A stretch of DNA of 62,944 nt, filler included, from Globobulimina sp. (GCA_003354225.1; 53 parts of 53 records of this genome joined end to end with filler, not necessarily neighbours in it); one strand, 5' to 3'. Counted from the whole stretch's first letter, positions 43,921 through 57,129 are shown. Notes: generated by a model not told the origin, from the letters alone. A program made the numbers and translations.

Positions 43921-44534
43921 NNNNNNNNNNNNNNNNNNNNNNNNNNNNNNNNNNNNNNNNNNNNTTAATTAATTAANNNNNNNNNNNNNNNNNNNNNNNN
44001 NNNNNNNNNNNNNNNNNNNNCTTTTTTCAATTTTTTTAGCCAATTTTTAATATTCATTTCTGTATTTAAATTTTATATTATAGGACTGTGCATTGCATTC
44101 TGCACAGTCTGGATAAGCATTGTTAATTTTTTTATGATGAATGTATTTTAATGCAACACTGAATGTTTCCGTTGATGAGCCATAATCTGGTTCTTTCTGG
44201 TTTGTATGGTTTCTGCTAAACCAAGGATCTCGATCAATACCAACTCCAGGTTCAATAGTCGGACCCCGTGTGTAACATTTTTCGATTAACTCACATATTT
44301 CTCCCATTGTCATAAATGGAAACAGTATAAGGAATTTGTCAGCACAAGGGATTGCATGTAAAAATAGTCTAATGCCCATGGTAAAGCACTGTTTTTCTTT
44401 AGTCACAATTCAAAGTGATCTACTTTATAATTACAAGTTTCAAAAGTGTGAATACTGCGCCTCTATAAAATCAATTTCATTCATTCCATGATTGACAGAT
44501 AAAGAGCAGGTGGAAGATTTTCTTGAGAAAGGTG

Positions 44535-44933
44535 CATACATGCTGTTTTTTGGGTGGTTCATCCAATGTGATGTTTCTTTAGGAAACATTGCAAATAATG
44601 GCAAATATCCCATGAGAAAATATGAGAATACGAAATGTTGGAATGTTTAAAAATCACTTTCTTTACAGCTTTTTCCTCATCATTATTCATATAGAAGTGA
44701 TTGTCCACATTTTTGTACTTTATCAAATATAATGACTATGATAAATAAACGGTGACGAGATAGCATCAATACACTTATGGGATATCAAATCCAATGCAAT
44801 ATCCAATGCACTTTACGCAACCAACAATTTGAATAACATACATGTATCAAACAATATACATTTTCTTTGGAAAGTAGGATGAATGTGGGACATGTTTCCT
44901 TCATCCAATCCCACCCAAAAAACAGCATGTATG
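44535..44933. repeat. Perfect 23-bp inverted repeat in a non-coding contig
   Basis: CATACATGCTGTTTTTTGGGTGG (44535-44557) / CCACCCAAAAAACAGCATGTATG (44911-44933). Confidence 0.85.
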
Positions 44934-45209
44934 GAAAGGTGTTGATAAAGCAGCTAAATGGTCTGAAGATAAGGTCTGTAAAAGGAGGAAATATTACCAA
45001 AGTCAGATTATATATATGTTCATATGGTTAATTTTTATTGAACCACAATCAAGGATGCAATAAAGGGGAGGCAAATTTTAAGGACACAACTTTTTCTCTA
45101 ATTATATGANNNNNNNNNNNNNNNNNNNNNNNNNNNNNNNNNNNNNNNNNNNNTTAATTAATTAANNNNNNNNNNNNNNNNNNNNNNNNNNNNNNNNNNN
45201 NNNNNNNNN

Positions 45210-46298
45210 CACAGATTGGATATTACTGAATCGATTGCGTCAAATAAATTACCTGAAAAATTGAGAACAATCGCAAACATTCATGAAATCCATATCAATG
45301 AGAAAAAAGAAAGTTGGGCGCAATTGAATATAACGCAAGCCATACATTTCGGAGTTATGAAGTTTGCCGCAAGATATCCAGACTCGCCGTTACTACCATC
45401 CCCGTTTATTGATAAATATAACAAACGGACACACGAATTATGCCCGGTAATGACAAGAGCGATGAGGAAAGCGGAGGAGAAACGATGTCAAGAATCAGAA
45501 ATTGAGCAAAACATTGATCGAAATCAGACTTTGAAGAGTTTCAAAGATAAGAATTTGGTCAATATTGACACGAAAAATTATGATGTCCGAGATAAATTAT
45601 TTGAAAACGACATCATTCAAAGTATGGTAAAAGAGAATAACAAGCATTATCTATTGAAACCGTTGAAAAATAATGTGTTTTTAACATCAGATAAGTCGCC
45701 ATACGAATTGATCAAGTCCGAGCAACAAAGAATTTATAAATCAATCATTTTGAAATTATTGGATGATTCCTTCAAATTAAATCCAGCAACGTATTATGAT
45801 AAGCATTACATTGATTTGTTAAAGAAGAATAAATTGAGTTTGCGTTCGGATGGATTACTATTATACGAAAAACGCGTGGTAATACCACCCATTTTACGTG
45901 TACCAATCATGCAATATTGCCACGTGGAAGGTGTTAACCACAGAGGAACGACGGCGACCGTAAATTATTTAAATCGGTATTTTTATTGGCCACACAGCCA
46001 GGAAGATATATGTATTTATATTAAAAGATGTTTCTGTAAATTAGTTGACAAGAAACAGAAAAGCAAATATAACAAAGATAAAGGTCCGTTATCGCCATAT
46101 CACGTTTCCGGACCCAATCAATTTGTATTTATGGATCTGTACGGCCCAATGCATGATGGTGGAATGATTATGGTTATGTTCGATATATGGGATGGAATGC
46201 TGAGATTATCCAAAGTGAAACCCCGATCGTTCGAAATTTGCCGCAAAGTGTTATTTGTATGGTGCTATGTTTTAGGATTTATGCGAAAGTTAGGAAAC
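45210..46298 (+). mobile_element. Divergent LTR-retrotransposon pol fragment (integrase zinc-binding domain + start of rve)
   Basis: RVVIPPILR..CH..HRG..YFYWP..CFC, then PNQFVFMDLYGP and MFDIWDG. Confidence 0.8.
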
Positions 46299-46398
46299 NN
46301 NNNNNNNNNNNNNNNNNNNNNNNNNNNNNNNNNNNNNNNNNNTTAATTAATTAANNNNNNNNNNNNNNNNNNNNNNNNNNNNNNNNNNNNNNNNNNNN

Positions 46399-47487
46399 CC
46401 ACAGCCACAGCCACAAACACAGCCACAGCCACAACCACAGCCACAGTCACAACCGCCAGTTGCAATCAGTAATAATAATAATAATGAAGCTGTTCCCCAA
46501 GCAAACAGTCAGCAAAATACAAATACAATTCCACCACTTATAAGCGACGAAAGCAGTGCAAATACTACGGCAAATACTGCAAATACAGCAAATAACAATG
46601 ATTTATTATCATCACTGCTCGATTCATTTGCTGGTTCTGTCCCAAATCAAAATGAGAATACTGAAAATGCAGCAAATATGGAAGTTGATAATGATAATGA
46701 TAACAATACAACAAATACCGAAACCAGCACACAAAACAGCACACAGAGCACAAACAACAACAGAAACCCAATGAGTGCGCTACTAAATGCATTTGCAAAT
46801 AATAACAACAACTCCGCCAGAGGTGGTAGCTCCAATCCATTGGCATCGCTAATGAGCGCATTTACCGGTGGCGGCGCACGCGGAGCAAATCGAAACAGCA
46901 ACAACCGGAACGATAACAACAACAACGATCGTAATCCATTAATGTTAATCAATCGGACCTTGAAATTTATGATTGATACCCTATCCATGTCTGAAATCAA
47001 TGAAATACGCAATGGAAATTATAGCTTTATCCGCAATTATCGCAATATATTATCTTCGTTCATGTTGAATACCATATTAACCGGTAATGACACACCAATG
47101 CGGCGACATGAGATTGCCATGGATTATGCCAACGGATTTGGGCTATTTATCATCTCACAATTTAGCAACGAGAGACGTGATGTGATTCGGTCGTTGACTT
47201 TAACCCATTTCCGCAACAACACGCCGTTGTTAATTGATATTATATTAGATAGCAACAATGAGATTATGTTCGAAGAGAAACTAATTAATTGGATCGCTTG
47301 CGTGTATTCTTCGTGGATTTATAAGTTATCCCTTCAATATCGCAATAAAATTGAAGATGTGAAGAAATTGTTGACACAAATTTTAATCAATGCGAGCAAA
47401 TATTTATACAGAAATAATAATAATATCTTGAATAATTTGCAAGTGATAGCGTCGTTTGTAGGGCATTTGAAGACAATGTGTCCTGGT
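46399..47487 (+). CDS. BAG6/BAT3-like protein, internal fragment
   Basis: PQ/N-rich region, then LSMSEINEIRNGNYSFIRNYRNILSSFMLNTILTGNDTP, which resembles the conserved central BAG6 segment as I recall it. Confidence 0.5.
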
Positions 47488-47588
47488 NNNNNNNNNNNNN
47501 NNNNNNNNNNNNNNNNNNNNNNNNNNNNNNNTTAATTAATTAANNNNNNNNNNNNNNNNNNNNNNNNNNNNNNNNNNNNNNNNNNNNC

Positions 47589-48676
47589 CTTTGTAATGCG
47601 CCAGATTCAAAAATGTTAGCAAAAGAATATAAAGATGGCAGTAATAATTATAAATGGAAATATTGGACCAGGAAAGAGATGCATTCGGAAATATTATCCG
47701 CAGCGCGCGCATTCATCGCATTAGGTTTAAATGCGTTTGAATCTGTATGTATTATGGGATTTAATTCACCGCAGTGGTTTTTTGCCGACCTGGCCGCAAT
47801 TTATAGCGGTGGCTTAGCCGTTGGATTATATACAACAAACAATGTCGGACAATGTGAATACATTTTAAATAATTGTAATGCGCGAATCCTCGTCGTGCAA
47901 AATCAGAAATTATTAAATAAATTCTTACAAATAAAACAACGTAATAATTTAGGCAATGTTTGTGCGATTATTGTGTGGGAAGAATATGACACTGATATAC
48001 AACCACAATACGATGATTTGAAGATAATGCATTGGGAGGAATTAATACATAATTATGGCAATACAGAGATTGATAAATATAATAAGATTATATTGCAACG
48101 GCAAAAAGTAATAAAACCAGGCAATTGTTGCACCATTATATGGACGAGCGGCACAACGGGGACACCCAAAGGGGTCATGTTGTCGCATGACAATTTAATA
48201 TGGACCATACGATCGGTATTATTATCGCAAAAACATATTCATTTTTGGGGCGAAAAATCCGTGGCTAGACATGCCATTATTTCCTATTTACCGTTATCGC
48301 ACATTGCAGCTCAATTGCTGGATATTTATGGGCCATTAATGATTGCGTATAATGATGGCAATGGCACTATTTACTTTGCACGGAACGATGCATTAAAAGG
48401 CTCATTAATCAAAACCTTATCCTATGTAAAACCGACTGTTTTTTTGGGTGTGCCTCGTGTGTGGGAAAAAATTGAAGCAAAAATGAGATTGATTGGCAAA
48501 AGAGGCAATTTTGTGGTGAAATTTATAAGTAAGAATGCAAAAGCAATTGGACTGCGTGCTGCGTATAACAAAGAGTTAGGCGGTAATATGAAGGTACCGT
48601 TGTTATATTGGTTGGTGAATAAGTTAATATTTGCAAGTATCAAAAAGAAATTAAACTTGGGCCGATTGCAACTGGC
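47589..48676 (+). CDS. Long-chain fatty acyl-CoA ligase, bubblegum (ACSBG) type (partial)
   Basis: IMGFNSPQWF, WTSGTTGTPKGVMLSHDN, SYLPLSHIAAQ and FLGVPRVWEK. Confidence 0.95.
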
Positions 48677-48776
48677 NNNNNNNNNNNNNNNNNNNNNNNN
48701 NNNNNNNNNNNNNNNNNNNNTTAATTAATTAANNNNNNNNNNNNNNNNNNNNNNNNNNNNNNNNNNNNNNNNNNNN

Positions 48777-49483
48777 CTGCTTTTTCTCTTTCGTCGGACA
48801 GTAATCTTGTTTTTTTATCATTTTGCATTTGAATTTGTTTTAATTTTAATCGTAAGACAGTAATATTTCTTCGAAATTCAACAATATTTTCTTCGAGGGA
48901 TAGATTGGGTAAACATCCAATTTCATTCAACAATTTTAATCGTATTTTTCCTTTAATGTTTACACGCTTTGGTCCCGTGGCATGGTCCCAGGCAGCGAAC
49001 ATTTCATTTGCTTTCCCATCAAATTTAGATAAATCATCAATTGTTCTCTTGCTGTGACCTTTAAATAGTGATAAATCATTGCCACCCATTAATTCTTCAA
49101 ATAATTGAGCGGTTTCTGTATTTCAAAGGGTAAAAGTATACATTTCACATTATTGCACGCAACGTATACAAAGAAATTATGGAAAACAAACCTTTTTCTA
49201 CATTGGCGAGTGGTAATTGGAGTGCATTGTAAAATTCAGAGTTATTTGAAATCATTGTTTTGGTGTAATCGGTTTGTCGCCATCCATCAACTTTATAATA
49301 ATAAAAAAATGTGCCGGGAGGTCCTGAAATGTTGATAGTTTCACCAAACATAGTGCCACCATTAAATTTTAATTGTGTTCCTTTGCTAAAATCATCCCAT
49401 GATCCATATACATCGACAGAGGTCGGAATTGTACCGTCTCTGCAATGCCAAAAAAAGAAAATACCATCATTTTTTTGTGACAT
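48777..49483 (-). CDS. CBM48 / AMPK-beta-type glycogen-binding domain protein, intron 49116-49191 (partial)
   Basis: FFW..SVDVYGSWDDF..YYYKVDGW. Splicing joins it in frame to the 49089 ORF. Confidence 0.8.
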
Positions 49484-50294
49484 TGTTGGATATCAATTAT
49501 TCAGAAAAGCTTTGATTAGCGGCGATTGATAAATGATCGGTGATAAGCGGTGAATCAATTTTTTTCGTATTTGCGTGTTCATTGGGTACTTACATGCAGC
49601 TGAGCAGCAATAATGCAATGTTGTAGAAAGAGCAGCAATCTTCTCCAGCGGACATATGCAGTTTCTATCACTTTTAAAAATACCAAAATAATGCATTCGT
49701 TCATGTTATTTGAGGGATGTTGAGGTAAATTGAGTAACTTCATTATCATTTAATTAACTGTCCCAGTCTGGGTCCCAGGGATCACCACACTAACTCTTTC
49801 GTCATTTTGCTTGCTTTTTGTGTTGTTGCATTGTGTGCGTATTGTATGAATCCGATCGATCCTAANNNNNNNNNNNNNNNNNNNNNNNNNNNNNNNNNNN
49901 NNNNNNNNNTTAATTAATTAANNNNNNNNNNNNNNNNNNNNNNNNNNNNNNNNNNNNNNNNNNNNCCCATCTAAAATGTGGTTATTCATTCATATTTATA
50001 AAATATTTCAGGGTTCATCGGGAATTCTGTACCGTCGCGGTCGAAATATAGGTACGGCGCAAATGAGCCGTCGGTTGTTTGCAGATCATCCTCGTCGTCG
50101 TTGGGCAGCAGATTCTTATTCTCCTTCTTTTCATAGCTATACGTGTTGGTATACGAGGTTCATTTCTATGGCAATGTGCTGCGGACTGTGAATGCGATGC
50201 TGATAATTCTTGCAATCCACACAAACCCAAATTATCCACAATCTCCTTCAAGCCACTCCGAGCTCCCTTTAATTACGCCGTAATCCGAGACACT

Positions 50295-50337
50295 CAGAAA
50301 CGTAGCTCAATTGGTAGAGCATCTGCTTTTATGCAGG
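50295..50337 (+). pseudogene. Degenerate tRNA 5' half
   Basis: GTAGCTCAATTGGTAGAGCATCTGC-TTTTAT-GCAG has a D-arm and anticodon stem but a 6-nt loop and no T-arm. Confidence 0.5.
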
Positions 50338-50465
50338 TGATATTGGGCATTCTTGCATTATATGATTGAATGTAGACGGATGCAGGGAATAGATTTAAGA
50401 AGCTATAGAAGAATGCGATACAAATGAAGAATGTGTAAAAAACAAACCGAAAACGTTCACAGAAA

Positions 50466-51054
50466 ATGAACAATGCTGTCAGGAAAAGACGATCCCGATT
50501 ATTAGTAAGTGGATACGTCAGAAAATGTAGCACTCCATACATCCATACAGATATTATTAGTATCATCCATGCGTTCCATTATTATATCTTATTGCTATTA
50601 TATTCTATTGGTAGCAACGAAGAGGGACAACAAGGTAACGGAGGAAATGAAGACCTTGGAAAAATAACAAAAATAAAAACATTTGAAAAAGCAATAAAAA
50701 ATATTGTTACTTGTTGTGGTTGGAATGGCTATGGTTATAGTGCAGCAGCATATATTTTATTTGAGGATGAAACATATGAATGTTGCGGTTGTAATAGAAG
50801 CGGTGTATTAGGTGTTGGCCATTATAATAATATTAATATATGGCATCAAATAAAATATATGAAAATTAAAAATATATTTGCAACACCAAACCGATCAGAA
50901 CATTCATTTTGTATTTCAAATGAGAATAAATTATATGCGGTCGGATCGAATGAGAATAATCAATTTGGTATAGAAACAAATGAAGAAAATAATAATAAAT
51001 GGACACCAATTAATACATCGTTATCGATTCAAAAAGTAGCCACAACAGGGTATT
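50466..51054 (+). CDS. RCC1-repeat protein (partial)
   Basis: YSIGSNEEGQQG, GCNRSGVLGVG and YAVGSNENNQFG, with N-terminal LLVSGYVR..DIISII. Confidence 0.88.
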
Positions 51055-51423
51055 NNNNNNNNNNNNNNNNNNNNNNNNNNNNNNNNNNNNNNNNNNNNTT
51101 AATTAATTAANNNNNNNNNNNNNNNNNNNNNNNNNNNNNNNNNNNNNNNNNNNNAAAAAAACTAAACTAAATATGGTAATTTATAAATAAACAGATTGAC
51201 CAAATAAAGGAGACATAAAACATACACAAAACTACATTAAATATCTATTTATTATTTGTTTTATCAAACTGTTTAACAAATAATATTAGAAAAAACAAAA
51301 AATAACATAAAATAACCAAAATCCATGAAGGGAATATATAAAAAAATAAAGCAAAAGATTTTACAAACAACACACAAACACGGTATAATTTATTAATATT
51401 ATAAGTATAAAAAAATAAAAAAA

Positions 51424-52243
51424 CTAATTTTTTGGCTCCCCTTTTAATTCCAACGAGATATTAAATACTTTTTCGGCAATTTCTTCCGTTGAAAACTGCC
51501 TTGACACCAAATTGCGATAAATTGCTTGAATAATTTCCCAAAAATCCTCAAAAAAGGCACTTGAAACTTCACCTTTAATATCTTCATCAATATCAGTTTG
51601 CGATGATGCTAATTCCAATAAAAATGATGTCGCATCCAATGTTAATTTATGTTTAATCGATGGATATGTATAATTATCCACTTTCTTGTTATGTGCTCCA
51701 TAATTTACTCCCAATGAAATATCATTTTCTTTCTCATTCCCATTACAAATATCATTTTCTTTCTCATGTCGATATGTTTTAATTCATCAAAATCCTAATA
51801 TAATGTCAATTTTTTCAATTTCTTTTTCTTTTTCTTTCTATTCTGATTTGATTTGATTTCATCCAACGGTTTCGACTCAATTTCATCTAAATCCATGTCG
51901 GCGGCCAAAATACTTTTAAATTTAAATGCGATATCATCCGTTTCCATGTTATTCGAATTATTGTTATCTTTCATTGGCGGCCATGGGATTTGATGCATTC
52001 TTGAATTATTACTGTTTGATCCCATAAATCCAAAATGATGATCGATGGGCGGCGGTAATTGATTTTTATTGTCATGTTTCAATGACGAATGCACCAATGA
52101 TAATATTTGCGATATTTGCGAGTTCTTGCAATTCCAAGTTGCCTTTGATAATATTTGCTTATTTTCCTTTGCTTGCGACGTATTGGCGACGGCTTTTAAT
52201 GCTTCGCTGGCTGTTTTAGTTTCAGTTTGAAACTAACTCTTAT
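51424..52243 (-). CDS. Hypothetical protein C-terminal region, split into two ORFs around a local duplication
   Basis: ORFs at 51795-52243 and 51424-51714; AAATATCATTTTCTTTCTCAT is duplicated at about 51717-51768. Confidence 0.35.
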
Positions 52244-52343
52244 NNNNNNNNNNNNNNNNNNNNNNNNNNNNNNNNNNNNNNNNNNNNTTAATTAATTAAN
52301 NNNNNNNNNNNNNNNNNNNNNNNNNNNNNNNNNNNNNNNNNNN

Positions 52344-53432
52344 AAAAAGGAGAAACACACTGCGTTTATCACATTGGTCAGCGACGCGATCAGCGCCTTC
52401 ACCACCACTCGAACCTGCGGGATGCGAATGGCAATGCGGATGGGACGGATTGCTCGTAAACCACGCAAGAAGCCCACCTCCGGGAAGCCTAAGCCGATGA
52501 TGGCGAACAGCACCACCAACGCATCCAATCTGTTCCACCATGACTGCAAATACGCGTTGGTGCACGGCAACGCTCCGTAATCTATGTCGGAATCATCATA
52601 TCGATGGTCGTGATTCAAATGTTTCTTCAATCTCCGCTCCCGCTCCTTCTTCTCGTCCTGTTCCGTCTTATTCTTATCCTTCGATTTATAAATGCCTAAA
52701 GCCGTCATCTTGATACACATTTCCACGAAGAAAATGGAGGTAAACACCCAATCTAAAACACGCAGAGTCCGCCCTAACTCACTCGCATGGTCCACATGCG
52801 GCCCATTGAACGCTAAGAACACGCAATTAATCAAAATTAAGATATTAATACACCATTCAAACACATCGCTCGCCTGCAATTTATGTAGAAATAATCGCGT
52901 CGCGTTGCTTGGTTCCAAACAGCCCAACGATTTGCCCGTAATCTTCTTGCTCGCTTCAATGGCCTCGATCCGTTGTTGATGCTTCGAGGCCGATTGCGAT
53001 CCCATCCGTTCTTTACGAATTCGGCGAACATCTTTTTCAAACTCCTTAATCGCAGTCTTCTCGTCAAAAATGCGTTGCTTTTCGCGCGCTAAAATCAACA
53101 AATCGTCAATCATTAATTGAATGTTGTCCTGAGAGCCCATCCGATTTATCAAAATCGCTAAAAACATGTTGCGAAACAGCCACAATCCGATAATCACAGT
53201 GACGATGATCACGACCATCGTCCCCGTCGAGCCCGTGGCGTCCACAGTGTCCTCCATCACCGAGGCCCAGCCGTCCGCGGTGAATAACTGCAAGAACGTA
53301 ATCATAGAATACCACAACGTGTCGAACCGCCACGGCCGAGTCATCATTAAAAAGCCATCATTGGCTCGCGCTTCGTCATGGATTTGACCTGCAAATAACT
53401 GCACGCCCAACACACCGAACATAAATACAAAT
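52344..53432 (-). CDS. Voltage-gated Na/Ca channel alpha subunit (four-domain type), internal fragment
   Basis: S5 LGVQLFAG, pore FDTLWYSMITFLQLFTADGW, S6 NMFLAILI, then the next domain S1-S4 with WNRLD and LRGLRAIRPIR. Confidence 0.93.
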
Positions 53433-53532
53433 NNNNNNNNNNNNNNNNNNNNNNNNNNNNNNNNNNNNNNNNNNNNTTAATTAATTAANNNNNNNNNNNN
53501 NNNNNNNNNNNNNNNNNNNNNNNNNNNNNNNN

Positions 53533-53992
53533 CAATTATAAAATTGATAATTCATATTTTCAAAATAAAAAAAGGAAGCATTTTACATATTTGTTAAAAC
53601 AAGAATGTGGCATCAAAGCCTCAGCTGCGTGCTATTTATGGCGTATCATTACATCTGAAGAAAATGATATTTTTTATGTATCAGAAACAGCGAAACTGGA
53701 CCTCGAGCAATTTGCATTGCAGTTGTACAGCGAATTAGAAACACAAAATATATATTTACTGCAGCAATTATCATTAAATCGGAAACACATTGAATTGCTG
53801 GAAGGGTATACTCGTAAATTAATTAAAATGCACGGTATATGTGAAGATTTATTCATATTTAATAACAAACCTATTCAGTCTCAATTGGACATTCAAAGTG
53901 ATTGGGAAGATAACGAGAAAAGGGAAAGAATGATATTTGATATTGATTGCATGGAATACGGTACAAATTCAGCATCTGAAATATCTCAATAA
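53533..53992 (+). CDS. Hypothetical protein C-terminus
   Basis: ORF followed by an AT-rich 3' region. Confidence 0.45.
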
Positions 53993-54344
53993 TTTATTAG
54001 ATGTGTTTTTTTGTATGTCGTAGAATTTGCGATTAAATTGATATTATATTCAACCGACTGAGGCGTAACAAAGTTGACCGCTTAGTCTGTTTGCTATATT
54101 TCTTTTTCTTGTTGTTGATTTTATGTAATTTTATCTTCTGTATATTTTCGTGTAAGATATGATAAATAAAATTATGTGTTTTTTTTAATATATTATTAGT
54201 AGTTGTATGTAATGAATGATGTGCGTTTAAAATTGCCCTTTTATACACAATAATGAATTTAGTATTCTTGCTTTATACATTTTAAAAACTGTGCAGTAAC
54301 GCAATTTTACTATTTTCTCATACGAACACTTTAGTTACTGTAAT

Positions 54345-54429
54345 AATCAATATTTTCTGCTTTGATTATTTCTTGCGCTTTCATCAAAGTGTCATAGGTG
54401 GGATTTGGTTCGATACCTGAAAATTCAAA
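54345..54429 (-). pseudogene. Bacterial iron-containing alcohol dehydrogenase (YqhD-like) fragment
   Basis: FEFSGIEPNPTYDTLMKAQEIIKAENIDY. Confidence 0.8.
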
Positions 54430-54621
54430 CAGAGGTTGTGCAAACTGGCTGTTTTTAACTGACTTATCTTTTTCAACAATGGTATCTTTATAAGTGACAT
54501 TGCTGTCGATATAATTCCAAACTTCAACTTGTTTTTGTTGTGAATCAAGAGATTTCATAACCAACGATTTCTCTTTGGAAGGACAAACCTCCACACAGTT
54601 TCCACAACCTGTACAATCTAA
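54416..54621 (-). pseudogene. nifJ: Pyruvate:ferredoxin/flavodoxin oxidoreductase fragment
   Basis: LDCTGCGNCVEVCP..KNSQFAQPLFEFSG. Confidence 0.9.
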
Positions 54622-54721
54622 NNNNNNNNNNNNNNNNNNNNNNNNNNNNNNNNNNNNNNNNNNNNTTAATTAATTAANNNNNNNNNNNNNNNNNNNNNNN
54701 NNNNNNNNNNNNNNNNNNNNN

Positions 54722-55559
54722 TTAAGCAAAAAATGAAATGCCCACAGATATAAACGAAGATTTCTTGAAGGAAATACTGCGCGTTTCCCGACTGATAAAT
54801 TATATGTTGGGTGCTTGGAGTGATGGCAATGAGCACGTGTTTGGAATTCTAAATATTTTCGGTTCTGTGAATTGGAGTATTTATTCCTTGCATTGCTATG
54901 TGATCAAATTGGTGTCGATCAGCAATGTCGACACACAGTCAATAACCAATCGATTGCGAATCGCCCAGTTGGTCTTAGACATTTTAATGGAGTTAGTGGG
55001 CGGCATTCGATTGTTTATGAAACGTAACGACAAATGCCAGAAATTTGTGATTCGCAATAAAAATAACCGAGATATTGTGAGTAAATTAGAAAGTTTACAG
55101 ACGGATTTGGGCGCATATTGCGGTGCACATAAACCCGATTTGAGATTAGAAGTAAAGACAAAGAATGGCCAACCGTATAAATATGCATATTATAAGATAT
55201 TGAATGATGATGAAAGTGAGAGTAAATGCGATGGCGATGGCGATGATAATATTTATTTTGCGATGAAAGATATTTGGAATACAATCAATAGCATTTTAAG
55301 GCATGTTAAGCGATATCGAGATCATTGTAAACGGCAAGAGATCGAGAGAGAGCTTTGGAGGAAAACCACAAAAAAAGGAAAACAATATACTAAAAAAATG
55401 AAATTAATACGACAGAAAAAACTGAATTGTTCGGCACAGCCTTCGGTGTCTCCTCCGCCAATGTCGATGCGTAATCAATTGGTTTTATTCGATAAAAATA
55501 AACACAGACATAAGTCTAAAAAAAATAAACAGCATAAAAGGAAAAGAAAGCATAAATAG
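54722..55559 (+). CDS. Hypothetical protein C-terminal region with a basic, NLS-like tail
   Basis: 273-aa ORF ending KRKRKHK. Confidence 0.65.
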
Positions 55560-55912
55560 TTTTTTATTATATTGTTGTTCCTTATTTTGTTGTTGTTGTT
55601 TTTGCAGTGTTTTTAATTGTTTTTTTTAATTATATTTACTTTTATTGTTGTTATTTTGTAATGTTTTAAAATTTAAATAGAGAGAGAGATGAATATCGGG
55701 CGGAAAGAAAAAAAGAGCGGAAAGAAAAATTGATTGAAAAGAAAGAATTAAACCAAAATAGCAATGATAAAGAGATTATAAATAATGAAATAAGGGACAA
55801 TGATAATGATNNNNNNNNNNNNNNNNNNNNNNNNNNNNNNNNNNNNNNNNNNNNTTAATTAATTAANNNNNNNNNNNNNNNNNNNNNNNNNNNNNNNNNN
55901 NNNNNNNNNNCG

Positions 55913-56908
55913 TATTTAATCATTGATGCATCGGGAATAGAAAAAACATGGATTTATAATTATACCGAGAGAACTTCCTGTTTTTTTAACTCAAATGGCG
56001 AGGAAATAGCGCCAGGCATTGGCGCTGGTTTATGGACGAAACCACGTACGAGATATTCACAAACCGTTTCTATATTAATCACGTTGAGTTGTAATGAGAA
56101 CAATGCGCAATTAAACATTGCTGGCAATAATGTGTTGATTTATTATTCAGAGGCTGTGTCAATTACTATTATTGTGGTTATTGCGTTGATCATCATTACT
56201 ATAGTAATGGTTGGCTTTTTTTGTTGGTTAAAAAAAACAAATCATCGCCATCATCATTATCAAGTAAATGCCTATAACCGTAAAAAAAAGAAAAAGAAAC
56301 AATTGCAGCAACAACAAACGCAACAGGCACAACATGTGGTGGCTAATTATGACGAGGATGAGGATGAAGATGAAGATGAAGACGACGATGAGGATACCAG
56401 TGATGTATCGAGTGACAATGGTCGAGAAAAAACGCAAACAATAACAATTATTCGATATAAAAATACAACCACAGAGGATGAGGATGACGAAGACGACCAA
56501 GAAGAGAGCAGTTGTACTGTGAATCCGCATGAAGTGATATTTTCAACTTCAGACCAAAATACACATATGTTTGATAATATTGCCATGCAAGAGATTCGAC
56601 GAAAAGAGAAATATGAGAAACGGATAAAAATAGATAGAAGGGATATCAATCCACAATATAGAATACCAGAAGCAATACAAGAACCGGTGCCATCTGAATT
56701 GCATTCACATGAACCACAAACACCGCAACACCAACACATAGCCAATACACCGGTGATTGTCAGTTGTCCGCCTCCGCCACCACCTGTACAGGCCACTATG
56801 TTTATTATTGATTCGGCAGAGAACAGCCTCTCTCATAATGTGTCTCTACTCTCTCTATCTAAAGATAATTATGCTGGACATGTTAATCAACATATTTCTA
56901 GAAAATAA
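55913..56908 (+). CDS. Single-pass type I membrane protein, C-terminal part
   Basis: TM segment ITIIVVIALIIITIVMVGFFCW, then a basic stop-transfer and acidic/poly-P tail. Confidence 0.75.
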   Translation, partial: YLIIDASGIEKTWIYNYTERTSCFFNSNGEEIAPGIGAGLWTKPRTRYSQTVSILITLSCNENNAQLNIAGNNVLIYYSEAVSITIIVVIALIIITIVMVGFFCWLKKTNHRHHHYQVNAYNRKKKKKKQLQQQQTQQAQHVVANYDEDEDEDEDEDDDEDTSDVSSDNGREKTQTITIIRYKNTTTEDEDDEDDQEESSCTVNPHEVIFSTSDQNTHMFDNIAMQEIRRKEKYEKRIKIDRRDINPQYRIPEAIQEPVPSELHSHEPQTPQHQHIANTPVIVSCPPPPPPVQATMFIIDSAENSLSHNVSLLSLSKDNYAGHVNQHISRK

Positions 56909-57129
56909 ATAAATAAATAAATAACTTATAATATAATATAATAATATAATATAATATTATTTTAGTAGTGTTTCATTCTTTTATTTCTACGTTTTTCCTN
57001 NNNNNNNNNNNNNNNNNNNNNNNNNNNNNNNNNNNNNNNNNNNTTAATTAATTAANNNNNNNNNNNNNNNNNNNNNNNNNNNNNNNNNNNNNNNNNNNNT
57101 CAAGTTGCCATGATTTTGATGGTTGAAGC

